Assembly: GCA_040954595.2 (NCBI GenBank)
Contig: CM082583.2
Coordinates: forward strand, 11,111,656 to 11,175,655
Reading direction: 5' to 3'
DNA length: 64,000 nucleotides
Source of the DNA: Balanoglossus misakiensis
Lineage: Eukaryota; Animalia; Hemichordata
The notes beneath the pieces are model-generated. The model was not told where the DNA came from. It worked only from the letters and a program-made list of their open reading frames with translations, and did no database searches. Below are positions 13,700 through 26,200 of the stretch, in pieces (positions within the stretch are counted from its first letter, which is position 1; the number at the start of each line of letters is the position of its first letter). Both the position numbers and the translations under genes were made by a program.

Positions 13700-14228
13700 C
13701 TGCCCTCCTCGGAATTCCTTCACAAATGTCAAGGTGGTCAGACATATTACAAACCAAAGGCAAGTGTAGTGTCATGCGACGGCGCCACACCGGTATACCA
13801 CTGGCGCACATGCGTGTGCCGGCGAACACCTCCTCCTACAAGAATGGAATGGTCCGATAATTCCCTATGCGGGCCGTATCGTGACCGTGCCTGGTGCGCA
13901 GCTAGCTCAGCTCGAACAGTCAGTACGATTCGCCAGACTGGTTTGAAAAGTGCGGATAATATCACTGCTCCGGGCTTGACTTCAGCGAACAATCGGCGCA
14001 CTTAATTGTTGACGGAGAGAGACGAGTGAGGATCTGAATGAGAGCGGTGTAGCAGCAGCAGCCTTGTGGTGAAGGCGTTTAATACTCCAAGTTATTCAGT
14101 GATCGGCCGGCACACTCGGGTCGAGCTATGTGACAAGCCATTTAAAAAAACAGCTTGATCATTTCGAACAACGTTGTTAAAGCTTGGCTCGTAAATTTTC
14201 GCGAAGCAGTCTCAGTTTTTTAAGGACC
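13700..14228 (+). promoter_or_regulatory. Probable promoter/5'UTR of the RASL12-like gene
   Basis: CpG-rich stretch directly upstream of the ATG at 14229, with an NRF1-like GCGCACATGCG near 13805. TSS cannot be determined from sequence. Confidence 0.4.
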
Positions 14229-17200
14229 ATGTCATCCCGACAGAGAAACCGTGGCGGCAGTACCGGGGCGACCGGAATGATTCTACCGGAGTACAAGATC
14301 GCTCTTCTTGGAAGTCTTGGAGTCGGAAAGTCAGGTAAACACCAAACACACCGCTATCATTCTTCCTCTGTGTGTGACCCGTATCAGAAAAAAAAGTACC
14401 CACGTCGAGATCAACAGACCGTGGATCTAAGATTTTTTAAACATCAACCTGATACCACCCCGTTCACAGGTTACACCAAAACCGGTACCTTTGATCGTAA
14501 AGATACTCATCAAAAATAACTGGAGATATCACACACGTTTTGTGTAACTGTTCGTTATTGTTTTTAAACCACGCAACACCCACATAATAGTTAACGAGTA
14601 GCTCTCTATTGATCGAAGGGCCTTCGCTGCCATTTACATAGTTGTCGATTCGTGGGATTTTGGACGTTACGGTCGGTAAATAGGCGAGGAATCTGTACAA
14701 CCACTTCACCTTGAATGGTACGGGACCCCCCCCCCACACACACACACACACTCACACACACCACCACCACCACACACGCGCACACACACAGACCAAGTTT
14801 TACCACACAGGGGAACATAACACGACGCACGTGCACGAATGCGTGATATTGATTCGAACTGTTTGGTCTCATACCTGTGTCGCGGTGACATTTGTACGCA
14901 GACCATTTTTATAGCATAGTTGTCTGGATTCTGTAAGTTCACTGAACACGTCTCGGACAGACACCGTTTACACTAACAGCTTTCAGCTTATAATCCCTTA
15001 CTCTAATTTGGAACACTTGCTATCACAAAATTGACATTCCGAGCAGCACCACACGAAACGGTATCGCTGTCGTGCCCGGGTTGCCGGCACATAAATGCGA
15101 AACTCAAACAAGGTTTGTTCCGTGACATTTTTGACAGGTTGCGACCCCTTGCAACACTTAGAGCAACGATAAATTTCGTAACACTGCCCCACTTGCATGT
15201 ATGGTCTCCTCGAGAGGCAATTCTCACGGCCGCTCGACCCCGCATTGCATTCTCGTCTTGGTGTCGATGCGATTTAGCAACCCAACTGTCACTGTATCTG
15301 AGGGCTCGCATAGCACCAGTTTGTTTTAGAGGAAGTTGTCTGATAGACCTTCTGTACAATATACGTGCCCATTTTTAAGTGCCGGGGTAATCCTTCGCAA
15401 GTGTTAGCCGTAGTAATTAAAAACGCACGATGACTTGTTTACCCTCATATTTATTTTCATCGTGTGTTGTTTTTTGTACTATTCAAAGTTTGGTGTCATG
15501 TTAAGTGGGCGGCCTTGAGTTAAGTCGTGAAAAAAAACCACGTCACCACTTTGAAAGAGTAAGTACATGTAAAGTGGTTGGAAAGGATCTTAATTAAGGA
15601 CTTCAAGTAAACAGAGGCAGATTTGACGAACAGTAATAAATAACTGTGTACCGAAAAGATATGTTATTTTTCTCCGATCTTCAAACATATTCTCAAGTAA
15701 ACAACGCTATACCAGCAATGCGGGGTCTGTCACGATATCGACAAATAAAGATAGAGATACGAGGGAGATCGATGAAGTCATGCCCGCAACTGTGCTGACA
15801 AAACAAAAGAGTTTAGCACAGGGCGTGCGGTTACACGTGATTACAGATTTGCAGCTCTGATTAAAATAAATCGCCCACATATCTATCTGGACGCATATTC
15901 ATCATCCCAAGGTTGGTTAATATGCTTAACAACAATTAGCTTAATTATTTCCCTTTTTATTTTAACTTCCAGCTTTGACTGTGAAGTTTCTCACAAAACG
16001 CTTCATCAACGAATACGACCCTAATCTAGGTAAGTGAGACACTTTCTTGTTCCCCCGTCTTTTTTTTCTGCCGTCTTGCAATTTCTCTTGTTTCGTTTTC
16101 CATCCTCGCCGTTTGTCTCACTTTCGGATGCTCTGCGCAACAGAACAAAACAAAAAATGCGGTGCCGCCTTTGGCTGTTAACTTTGAGAGTCCATGAAAT
16201 CAAGGACAGTTGTTGCCGCGCCTGTGCACTGTGTATACGCCGGGAGCGACACCGTGCCAAACAAGAGTTAGAGCGGCAAGTGAGACAAAATATTACGACA
16301 GAATGACTGTCTGGTGTAAAGAAATCAACCGGGGCCTATTGTCCAATTCTGACGGTAACCGAACTCGGTATAGACAAACAACTTTCTGCTCAGTGATATT
16401 GATTGCCTCCTTTGTCCGGCGTCGCATCTACACTATTCAGGCAAGCGTACGTCCATTAACTAGTGTGACAAGGGGCCTATTATATCATTGGCCGACATGC
16501 CTTCTCGCCCACACCAGCCACCCTCCATCCCGTTGAACTTTAGCTGTGATGGACACAACGAAGAATTACGCAGAATTTGATTCAATGGGCAGAGTACTCC
16601 TACCCGAAACACCCCAATAATGTAAAAGTTTTAAACCCGAAGGCGACAGCACGTGCTGACCATGTTTTTTAAAGAAAACAACACGCGGCGTCGATCCTTT
16701 TCTTAGTCAGAACTTTCACGGTTCTTTGGCGGGTGTTTCATCGCGGCGATGTACATAGGTCAGGCCATCTTATAATCAACTGACATACAATCGAAAACCT
16801 TGTTTTGCCGGTTTAGCAACAGACAGGGCTCAACAAGTGTGACGCATAAGGGCAGATCAGTAATGGGGTGTGTCGACTTCTTTGCCCTGTTGTCAGATAC
16901 ATGGAAAACGGTTACATAGATACGCGTACGTCACAGTTTAAAACAGACGATACAAAAACAGTTTTGGTCGTAAAATCACAAGTTTCCGTCAGTTCAGATT
17001 GGCCAGAGTTTTTAACACAGATGACTAGGTCTGCCCGGAGGAGCTCAGTAAACCTCACTTCTCCCCAGACTTGCCCCGGCCATACATTCCAGTATTTGGT
17101 TGAGATAAATAACCCATCTGTATTTCCTTAGCACGTGCTCGGTAAAGTTGGAGCAACTCATGTCACACGTGGATTTGTTTCTTTCTGAATAAATCTTGCA

Positions 17201-20200
17201 AAGTGAACCAGGCGATCGATGTAATCAATTCTCACAAGGTTAATGACAACTAGCGGGCGAATTCCAACCGCGGGATTTTCATTCTCAGAACAATGGAGGC
17301 ACCTGGCGCTTTTTATGTCATACTGTGGATGTCTGTTTGTGTGACATTCCTCAGTGGTTCATCCCATTTTATCCCTTGTCATCTGATTTGGACCACCTTG
17401 TTTCCTTCCACAAGGGAGTTGCTAGATTCTGAGAGAGAGAAAGAGAGAGGGGGGAGAGAAAGAGAGAGATAGGGGAGGGAGAGAGAGGGGGGAGGGAGGG
17501 AGAGAGAGAGGGAGAGAGACACCGATATCACGGTTAAATCAAAGTTTTTCGCCAAATCTTCAGCGCTTAACTTTTGAACGGTTTTGAGCTGCGTGTGTTT
17601 GTCGGCACTTTGCCAGTCGGGACAGTTTTAGGCGTAGGCGATCGGATGCTTGGAAATGAAAAACAGGCTGCTTCCGTTCACAGCCTGAGAGGGTCGAGGC
17701 AAATCCCTTGGAGAACATTCCACAGCCTGCCAACGATTAGAGAACCACGGAAGCCATTATACTCTGTGCGTCACGTGCGTTGACCAGGTAACTCCAGCAA
17801 ACTCAGCGAAACTACGGAAAGGAAAGATATCGGTACGACGCCGATTGAAATGGCCACACCTGATTTATATTTCCGAAGAAAAATTAAATTTCTGCCAAAT
17901 AAGTTGACATTAAAGCGCTGTGATGAATATGTGTAATACTGTTAAAGAAACGCCTGAAAGAATGGACACTAAAGCGAAAATAGAAACCGTAAATCAATGT
18001 GTTGTGTTCTGTCAAGAATATGGACTGCTAGGGGCAATCAACTGAAATGACGTTTATGAATCAAATGTTACCAGTAATTTAATATGCCGTCTGGTGTTTA
18101 CCTGTAGGCACGGTCAGTTCCTAGTGCAATCGACGCATTCCTCTTTTGCGGGGGGGGGGGGGCAGAGAGAGACAGAAAACGATGGAGACAGAGGACAGAG
18201 AGGGAGAAGAGAAGAGTAGAGAGAGGGAGAGAGGTATAGAGAGATTAGCCCAATAACCACAAGTATAATATAGAATCGCCCACCTAACCACCTAACTGTT
18301 CTAGACAGGCAGACAGTCGCAGATTAAGGTATTATCAGTGTCGCTCAGGCATGATAGAATCTAACGTGGCTTTCAAATTAGCTCTGGCATCTTAACACAG
18401 TCCTATACAGGAATCGCAAGACCCCTCATTATTAATATACCGACGAATAGAAATGTTAACCCCTTGATTGAATAGAATAAAATATTAATGGAATAATACT
18501 CTACAAAGTCATCAACATCTGTAACTTGGGCCTAAATGTAAGTGACAGTTGGTAAAAATCAAAGAATTTTACGATGAATTTCCAACAAACACCCTGCAGC
18601 AGAATTTCAGAGTAATCGAATGGTTGCTACGGGTGACTGGCTGTCTGGAGAACGCCAAGCTCGAGCGACAACGTCAGTTTATCCGCTAAAACAAGCGTTC
18701 AAATAAGAAACATAAAATAAATCTCCAGTTTCCATTTTTCCGTGGATTTCAAATTGAGATTTTACTCCTTGGCGGCGAGCGGACGGATATTTCAATTTGC
18801 TGTTCAATTTGGCAACATTCCGCGGGGCTCTTCACCTTAAAAACTCGCTAATTTATGGTTTACTGAAAAACGTTTTCCGAGGGGTCGAGGGTTAACGAGT
18901 CCCCAGCATATCGCCCCACTCAATGATATACTGTTATTAGGGCCGTCAGATAGGGAGACTGAACTCGTACCAAGGTTCAGGACGTCAGAGTCCTTGCCCA
19001 GCGCTCTCTCATAGGGCACGTGACACTGAGCCATGTGACGTTGACCTGCTTTTGAGATTTCAGCAAAGGAACAGGTGGTTCGTTTAACGTTATTCAAATT
19101 GCAACCGGAGACCATTGTCGGTACGGGTATCTTTTACGCTTAACGGCCACTGATTAAAAACAAGACTGCATTTATGCAACCGTTTGGTATTTGGATTCAC
19201 GACATCTTTATTTCACGCCTTCTGGTGATCAAGCCATAAGACGATCGAGACGATCGAGACAATGCACGCCGAACACGTTGCGTCTGTTAACCTCAACCCT
19301 CCCATTAGAGTTCTCTTCCCTGATCACTGATTACTTTGTAATTGGCCATCCCCAGGAATGCAGACGTCATTCCAGCGCCGAGATGGGAAGTCTGGCAAAT
19401 ATGTTGTCCTGTCGCGTCTCCGAACAGAGTTCACCGAGAAAATTTACGCGTCCAACCCCCCGTCGACACAGATCCCGCGCACCGGGCCAATCGAGCCGTG
19501 AAACGTATTACGTTGTGTAGCGTCTGCAGTCGGCTTTAATTACATCATGCGTGCTGCTTCATTTATATTTGAGTCGCGCTCGAATGAAACGCCCCAGGAA
19601 TGCTTGCGCATTTCTGTTTTCGCAAGAGCTTGACTTCTGAACCAACATGTTGCGGCTTTCGGGGGCATTGACAGAAAGTCAACAGTTTGGTTTGGTCTGT
19701 CTGAGACCTCTTCTGTTTTTATCAACCGGCGTTTGTTTTCTCACACTGTCCACAATACGTCTTAATTGCAACCTTTTCATTTATCATGTTTATGAGCGAA
19801 TTTCTCATTTTACCCTCGAGAAGCAACAATTGAAAACTTTGCCACCCGCGTGTTCTTATAGACCGGTCTATTTAAAAGTCTTTTCTGTCTTCCCTCCACT
19901 GGACAGAACCACCCGCCACTCCACCGGACGCAAGACCTGTAAACATGGCGCCTTCACCTTCTGTACACTGATGAGACATTTCGTCCTTCAACGGTCTTGG
20001 CGATCTGTGCTAATTACCAAGGAACCGTTATGAAAACAGTAATTAAAAGTTGATTGGCAGTACGCGTTGTGTTATTATTTCCAAGTACCGTTATCGCGTG
20101 GGTTGTTTGTTTAAGCTAGTGAGTGCTAAACGTCTCAATCCGCAAAGCACACAGCGATCGATTCATTATTGTGCGCGAACTTTCCGTTCGGTGACTTGGT

Positions 20201-23200
20201 GTTCTTCGTCTGGCCTTGTTTTTATCATGGACCCTGGTTCAATGGACACGTCAGCTTTACGCGACGGAGTTCTATGGCGAAAAGTTTGCGGGGAGGTAGC
20301 GAGTTTCTTTGGTAGCGAACGGCGTATTCTTGTACACAGGGTTACATAATCACGCGCAGCGTAGGTGATGATTGTAGGGGTTTGTTCTACAACGTCTTGG
20401 TAAAAGAGAGAGAGTACGGGTTAACTGTCAAATTAAACTTGTTTGTGGAAGAAGGACTGGGGCGACCCTACCCAGACGTTTAAATAATTGGACTCGCGTA
20501 CTGAAACCTTGTTAATTTTACCAGACTGTCCGATAATATTAGCGTAAACAAGGCCAGTTTAATCCAAGGCGGAGGGGAAATATGCACAAGAAATGAAGTA
20601 TGGAGCCCCTGTGTAGTATGCGGCATTTCTGTGTATATGAGCTGAGAGATCATTATTATAGCCAGTATGTAAACATTTGTTCATCTCAAGTTATGTATCT
20701 GGTGTTGCCCGTTCAAACTATACCCATATCTTTGTTAGGTTCTGTCAGGAGTTCGCCCACTTTGCTAAACAAAACCCGATATAGATGCGAGTATTTGCGT
20801 CACTCTGCGTGGTTGAGGCGATTATGGATCTTTGAGGTGTGAAGTGTCTTCTCAATGACGGCCGGTACAGTCTGTTATGGTTTTGTCCCGGAAACGTACG
20901 TCAAATGCAGAATAACATTTACATCATAAGTCGTCTGTTACCTCGATGTGAGGTTAATGGCGTGTAAACCGCGGTTTTGTCCAGTTATGTGTAGTGGGAT
21001 AAACCAGAATCGCAAGCGACACTTCAAAAAAATAAACCGAAAAAATCTTAAGTGGGACCGTTGATAGCCCCGAGCAAAAACAATACACGATAATCACGTC
21101 AGCATAAAACCGTAACCAGCGAGCATTTACATCATCGCCGCTTCTTCCGTGTCCGAATGGATTTTCCGCAAGCCGAGATGACGGACAGATGTTCCGGGAG
21201 ATATCGCTTGTGAGAAAAGCAAAACCGTCGTCAGTTGGCTTTTTAAAAGACTGAAACCCCAGAGGCATCGGTCTGGTAAAGCAGTTGGGCGACGCAAGAG
21301 GTCGGAGTTCGTCCAAGTTGTAATGCCGTGTTTGTCCTGCCTGGGCAACAAGAGAGCTACTTAGCAGGCTAATGGTGACCTTTCTCTCTACCCCACTACT
21401 TCTTTCTTTTTTGCCGTTTCCCGCGGGTAAACTACATGCGGAAAGTCATGAAATGAATCCGGAAGCATCCAGAAAACAACTCTTCTTTTTGTTTATGCTT
21501 TTTGAAGTGTTATTTGTCCGTTGAATTTGGGGCGCAACTTGATACTCCGAGCATTTATATGTTAAAAAGAGAAAGAGAGAGAGACTTGGTTCATTATTTT
21601 GACATAGGTATGACTTGTGTGTATCGGTAGAACAAGTGTACAAACCGTGCGCACAAAGAGTCGTGCAAGTTTTGGCGGCATAGCGATTCTTTGAGTCGCA
21701 GAAGTTGATGCCATCATGCCGTTTCACAGACGTGGGGAGCATTCGAAACAGTCCACAGTCTTTGGAAGTTTCGGTGTAATTAGCACCTGGCAGTTTATTT
21801 GCATGATAAAACAAGTGAGAAATAAAACCCACAGCACAGACGCCGGTGCACATCTGTACAAACCTAAACTGTGCAGCACAAGAATGTGACATATATTGTT
21901 CCCGTCGGCTTGCCCGAATAATTTTGTTGATCAACAGCGGCCACCAGTGTCTTGTCGAAGTAATCACACAGGTATTCATTGAGTTAGTCACTGAACGATT
22001 TCTTTGACCTTTATATCGAGCTCTGCCATATGACCGACTGACTACCCTGGTCACGGCTAAGGCGTAAGAGATCTGAGTGTTCCCGGCGTTACCGTGGAGG
22101 CCGTGTAAAAAGGGAACACCGGGAACCCACAGACCAGTACGCAGGGCTATTATAGAATTAACCATGAACGCTGGAGGTATAAGGACGAACGTAATATTGC
22201 CCAGCTAGGACAGCCAATTTCCTCTTTCTTTATAACATCTGTGTAGAACAGAAGTTCGTCATGCATAGCCATTATTTGGTTTTACACCTCATTTTCCCGC
22301 TCTGCGTCATCACTCAGAGATAACATCTGGCCGACCTACCCTGCAGACGACAAGTAAACGATGTCGTGCAGCTGTTGTTACCAGATAATTAGTCGCGTGT
22401 CACTAGTATCAATTATACACAAACTCTGTGATGATTTTGACGCTAATTGGCAACGACAAGGCCGCGCCATCTCCGAGGACGAGTCTTTCGGGAATACACA
22501 CGTGTTGGGAGAACGTTGGCCTTGACAAACGCGAGGCACGACTTAGTTATTCGACACACGAACGAACATAAAGCTTCAATTACATGTAATTAGAAAATCG
22601 CAGATTTGTTCATTGGCATGTGTGCCTTTTCACGGGTCCGATATCTGCCAACCTGCAAACTCTGAGTATCTCTGGTGTAACTTCGTTGTGGCCAAAAGGC
22701 ATTTTGATTGGGATGGCCAAGTGCGTTTGTGCAAGGCGTTCAATCACAACAAAGCCTTCGGGACAGATAATTGACTGCTGCGAACTTGTTTGGTCAGGGC
22801 TAGCTCTTCGCCGAGGCTGTACTTGGTATGTCAGTGAGTCTGTGGCAAATCCATGGTATGTCGTATGTTGTAAACTATATGGCCACACGCACGAAATACT
22901 GGTGAATTTCACAGTAGCAGTTGGACATGACAAATCATGCGCAAGACCAATTGGACATTTCTAAAAACAGGCTAAGTATGCCATATCAATTTGTAGTATA
23001 TGCAGAACATTCTGTACGTGTTGTTAAGAGTTATCACATAACCTCTAGCGATTTGCCCACAAATATAGGTTTTTTGTAAAAATGGCAACAGAAGTTTACC
23101 AGACCGTACTATTTTAGGTGATACATCTATAGGAATGCTGGCATCACGATACACGCATGAAAGGTTTATATTTAAATTCCCATCTGGGCCGTCTCAGTTA

Positions 23201-26200
23201 TCACGTTCAGTGCCTAACACCAGAATGGGAAAATAAAGTCGTGATATTCGTTTGTTGATCGCCGATTTATTTGAAAATCAACCTGTGCGCAGCAGTAAAT
23301 ATTTATAAGATTGTAAATATAATAGCGAAGTTGATGACCAATGTTTTATTATGCCCCCATCCTATGCGCGTTTGCAAATACGTTTTTTTTTCTGGTAGGG
23401 AGACTAAACACGGCCTTCTGTTGAGAAATAGTGTCAAGGTGCAAAACTTCTGGTCCTGCACGACCTCTTTCGTTATACGTTATCGCACCACCATATTAGA
23501 TAGTTTTTACAAATTTCCATATTCGAAGGGCCGGGCGTTGGCCCCCATAAATTAAGAGTTTACGACGTCTGTCACGCCAATACGCCTTGTTGTTTTATGA
23601 ATATGACATCAGAATGTCACCTGAAGGGGGTAATTAGGAGTAATTTTAGAACTAAAGTCGACAACCTTTAAGCAACATTTCAGCGGTTGAAGTTCGGATG
23701 TCACAGCTTGGCATTTTGCGCCCTTCCCCAACCACCACCCGCACCGTTGGAACATAGTTTCTTCGTGAGACTCGGTCCGTTCTGCGTGCTCACGCAGGAT
23801 TTTGTTGGAGTGATCGAGTTCCCACGTTTTTTTTTCTCTCTCTCTCAACCGTACTAGGACTCGACTCGGAGATATTAGTCTTGACAGAGCCTGATAGATC
23901 GTGGTGATTTATAAGCAGCACTAGCTGATAAACTATATAAACGCAGACGCACTTGAAACCTTTTAAAGTGTATATTTGTTCCAGCCTTTAAAGTAGGCTG
24001 ATAGCAACTGATGTCAAGTGGCAAGTTCAGTACGAAAAATACTTTAAAATTTCAATTCAGCTATGAAATAGTGGTTTGTCAGATATGAGATATAACAGAC
24101 TTGCCTGAAGAAATGCAACCTATAGCTTCTTGTGTTTAATTTTCTTTTAAAACCATAAGTAAGGTTAAAATTTTGGGTCAGGCTAATCATGTTCGTACAC
24201 TCTTACTGACTCAAATTACAATATAAACTTTTGGACATTCCGTAACCAGGACAACAGCAGAGGTGACGTCATGATACAGGCTAAATATATGAAATTACAC
24301 GGTAGCGTGGGTCGACCACCCACATCACCATCTTCCATAAAGTTGGTTAATTCAAAAGGTGAAAATGCATGGGCCAGCCTATAGTGTTAGTTTGTACACC
24401 ATTTGAAATTTCCTCGATTATGTTTTTGTAGAGAAGTTTAACTGCAAGACAACGGGCGTCTGAAAGAAAGTGTTATGGAAAGGTTGTATCGCCATCCCAT
24501 CGCAACGACGGGACGTGAATATATAACTTTTAACAGCTTAAACAAAAAGTGAAAGTTTGACACACACGAACAGGGTTGCTTGCTAAGATCATCTGTCTTT
24601 GTCAATTACAGGAACATTTTATGTCATTTTTCTGTGACGTAGGAAGGATGGCTTATTTTTTTTCATAAACCCAAGTAGATGAACCTCTGTCTGATATAAA
24701 CTCGTGACATAGTCAGAATTTGGTCTTAAATCACACAGCAGCCCCAATTAACCAATACCACACAGCCCTGTCTATAATTGTTAATGCGACGATTTCTCAG
24801 ATATGACATTACGTGCGCGCACGCGACGGCGATCGACGAAATCGTTAATTTCGAAAACAGCAATAAATAAGTTTTAGACGTCCTGCGCAACTATTTTAAT
24901 TGTAATTTATTTACCAAAATACTCATTATTTTGTCTTAGCGGACACGCGTTACTGATACGTACGCTATTATTCAAACGATGGTTGCAATTTGTTATAGTT
25001 CAGTTCCCAAGGTAACCTTTGACCTGGCGTGAAGCGTTTTCCAATCCGTTTCATCTCTTTGGAAAAACAAATTAATGCATGACAGAGTTTCGAAATTCCG
25101 TTCCCTTTTTGATTTTCTCCTTCACTGAAACCATGTCCCTCTTTTATTTCAAAAGAGGGGAGCTCTCGTCTACGGAGATGTAGACGTCTATTGTTATAGT
25201 TCATACAAGAGACCACTAAGAAACTGAGCGCTTGATGGTACAAACACATAGAGTTTTTGCCGGGCGCTCTGTTCAACGAACAGGTCTCATATTGCAATGT
25301 GAGATTAGACCTGAATGAAAATTCCGCGGATGAAATTCGTCCTTCTCACGGCTAATTAATTTTAAGCGTTCCAATAAACACGATAAGAGGAAAGTTCGCT
25401 CCAAGCCTAACGAGGTCACGATAACTGGAAACCAACAATAAAGTCGAGGCTCGTACGCTGACTAATCGCGTTTATTGATCCAGTTAATGTGTTTTCATAG
25501 TAACGAAACTCAATTTTACGCAATTTTAGTTTAGAGTCGGCGATTAAAGATTGAGAGCCTTGATGTATTCCAAACAGGTAATTTCGGGTCAACTGCGGTT
25601 CCCAGTGCAATGAATGCTAAGTTTTCATGGCAGAGAACCAGATCCTGCAAATGAAAAACAATCTCTTTTAAATCGTTCTAATAACTGGCATGGTTACCCA
25701 GCTGATGTGGTTCGTATTTTTCATCCGACCTCGCCACGACAATATCTCACTCTTGAGAGTCATGTCTTGTCTAATATTTACCCAAAAACTTCACATCGTT
25801 ATTAGTAAAACCCCTCCATTGCGTAGTTACCAGGGAGTACTTTATCAGAGTATACCTTTCAAAATAAACATTCATTTTATAGTACTAAAACATGGTTAAG
25901 CTGTTGTCCCAGTAACTGCTGGCATCTCTCGTCGCACTGTTTGAAGGAACATTAACATCGCCGATATGCGTGGGCTCTTTCTTTCCAAAACGACAGCCCC
26001 GGCCTCGATTAGTCCAACTCCCGTCTTCCTCTCAGCTGATCTGATCCCGGGGTGGCTGCTAGACTACGCGTGATTTTGCGGGCGGCAGTGTTGGGTAATT
26101 ACCCACCAATTTCAGAATCACAAAAACTTCGAGCCAGTATTTAATTATTTTTGACAACCTTTTGTCGTGCTGTCATCTGAAGGCCTTCCATTAGAGCACC

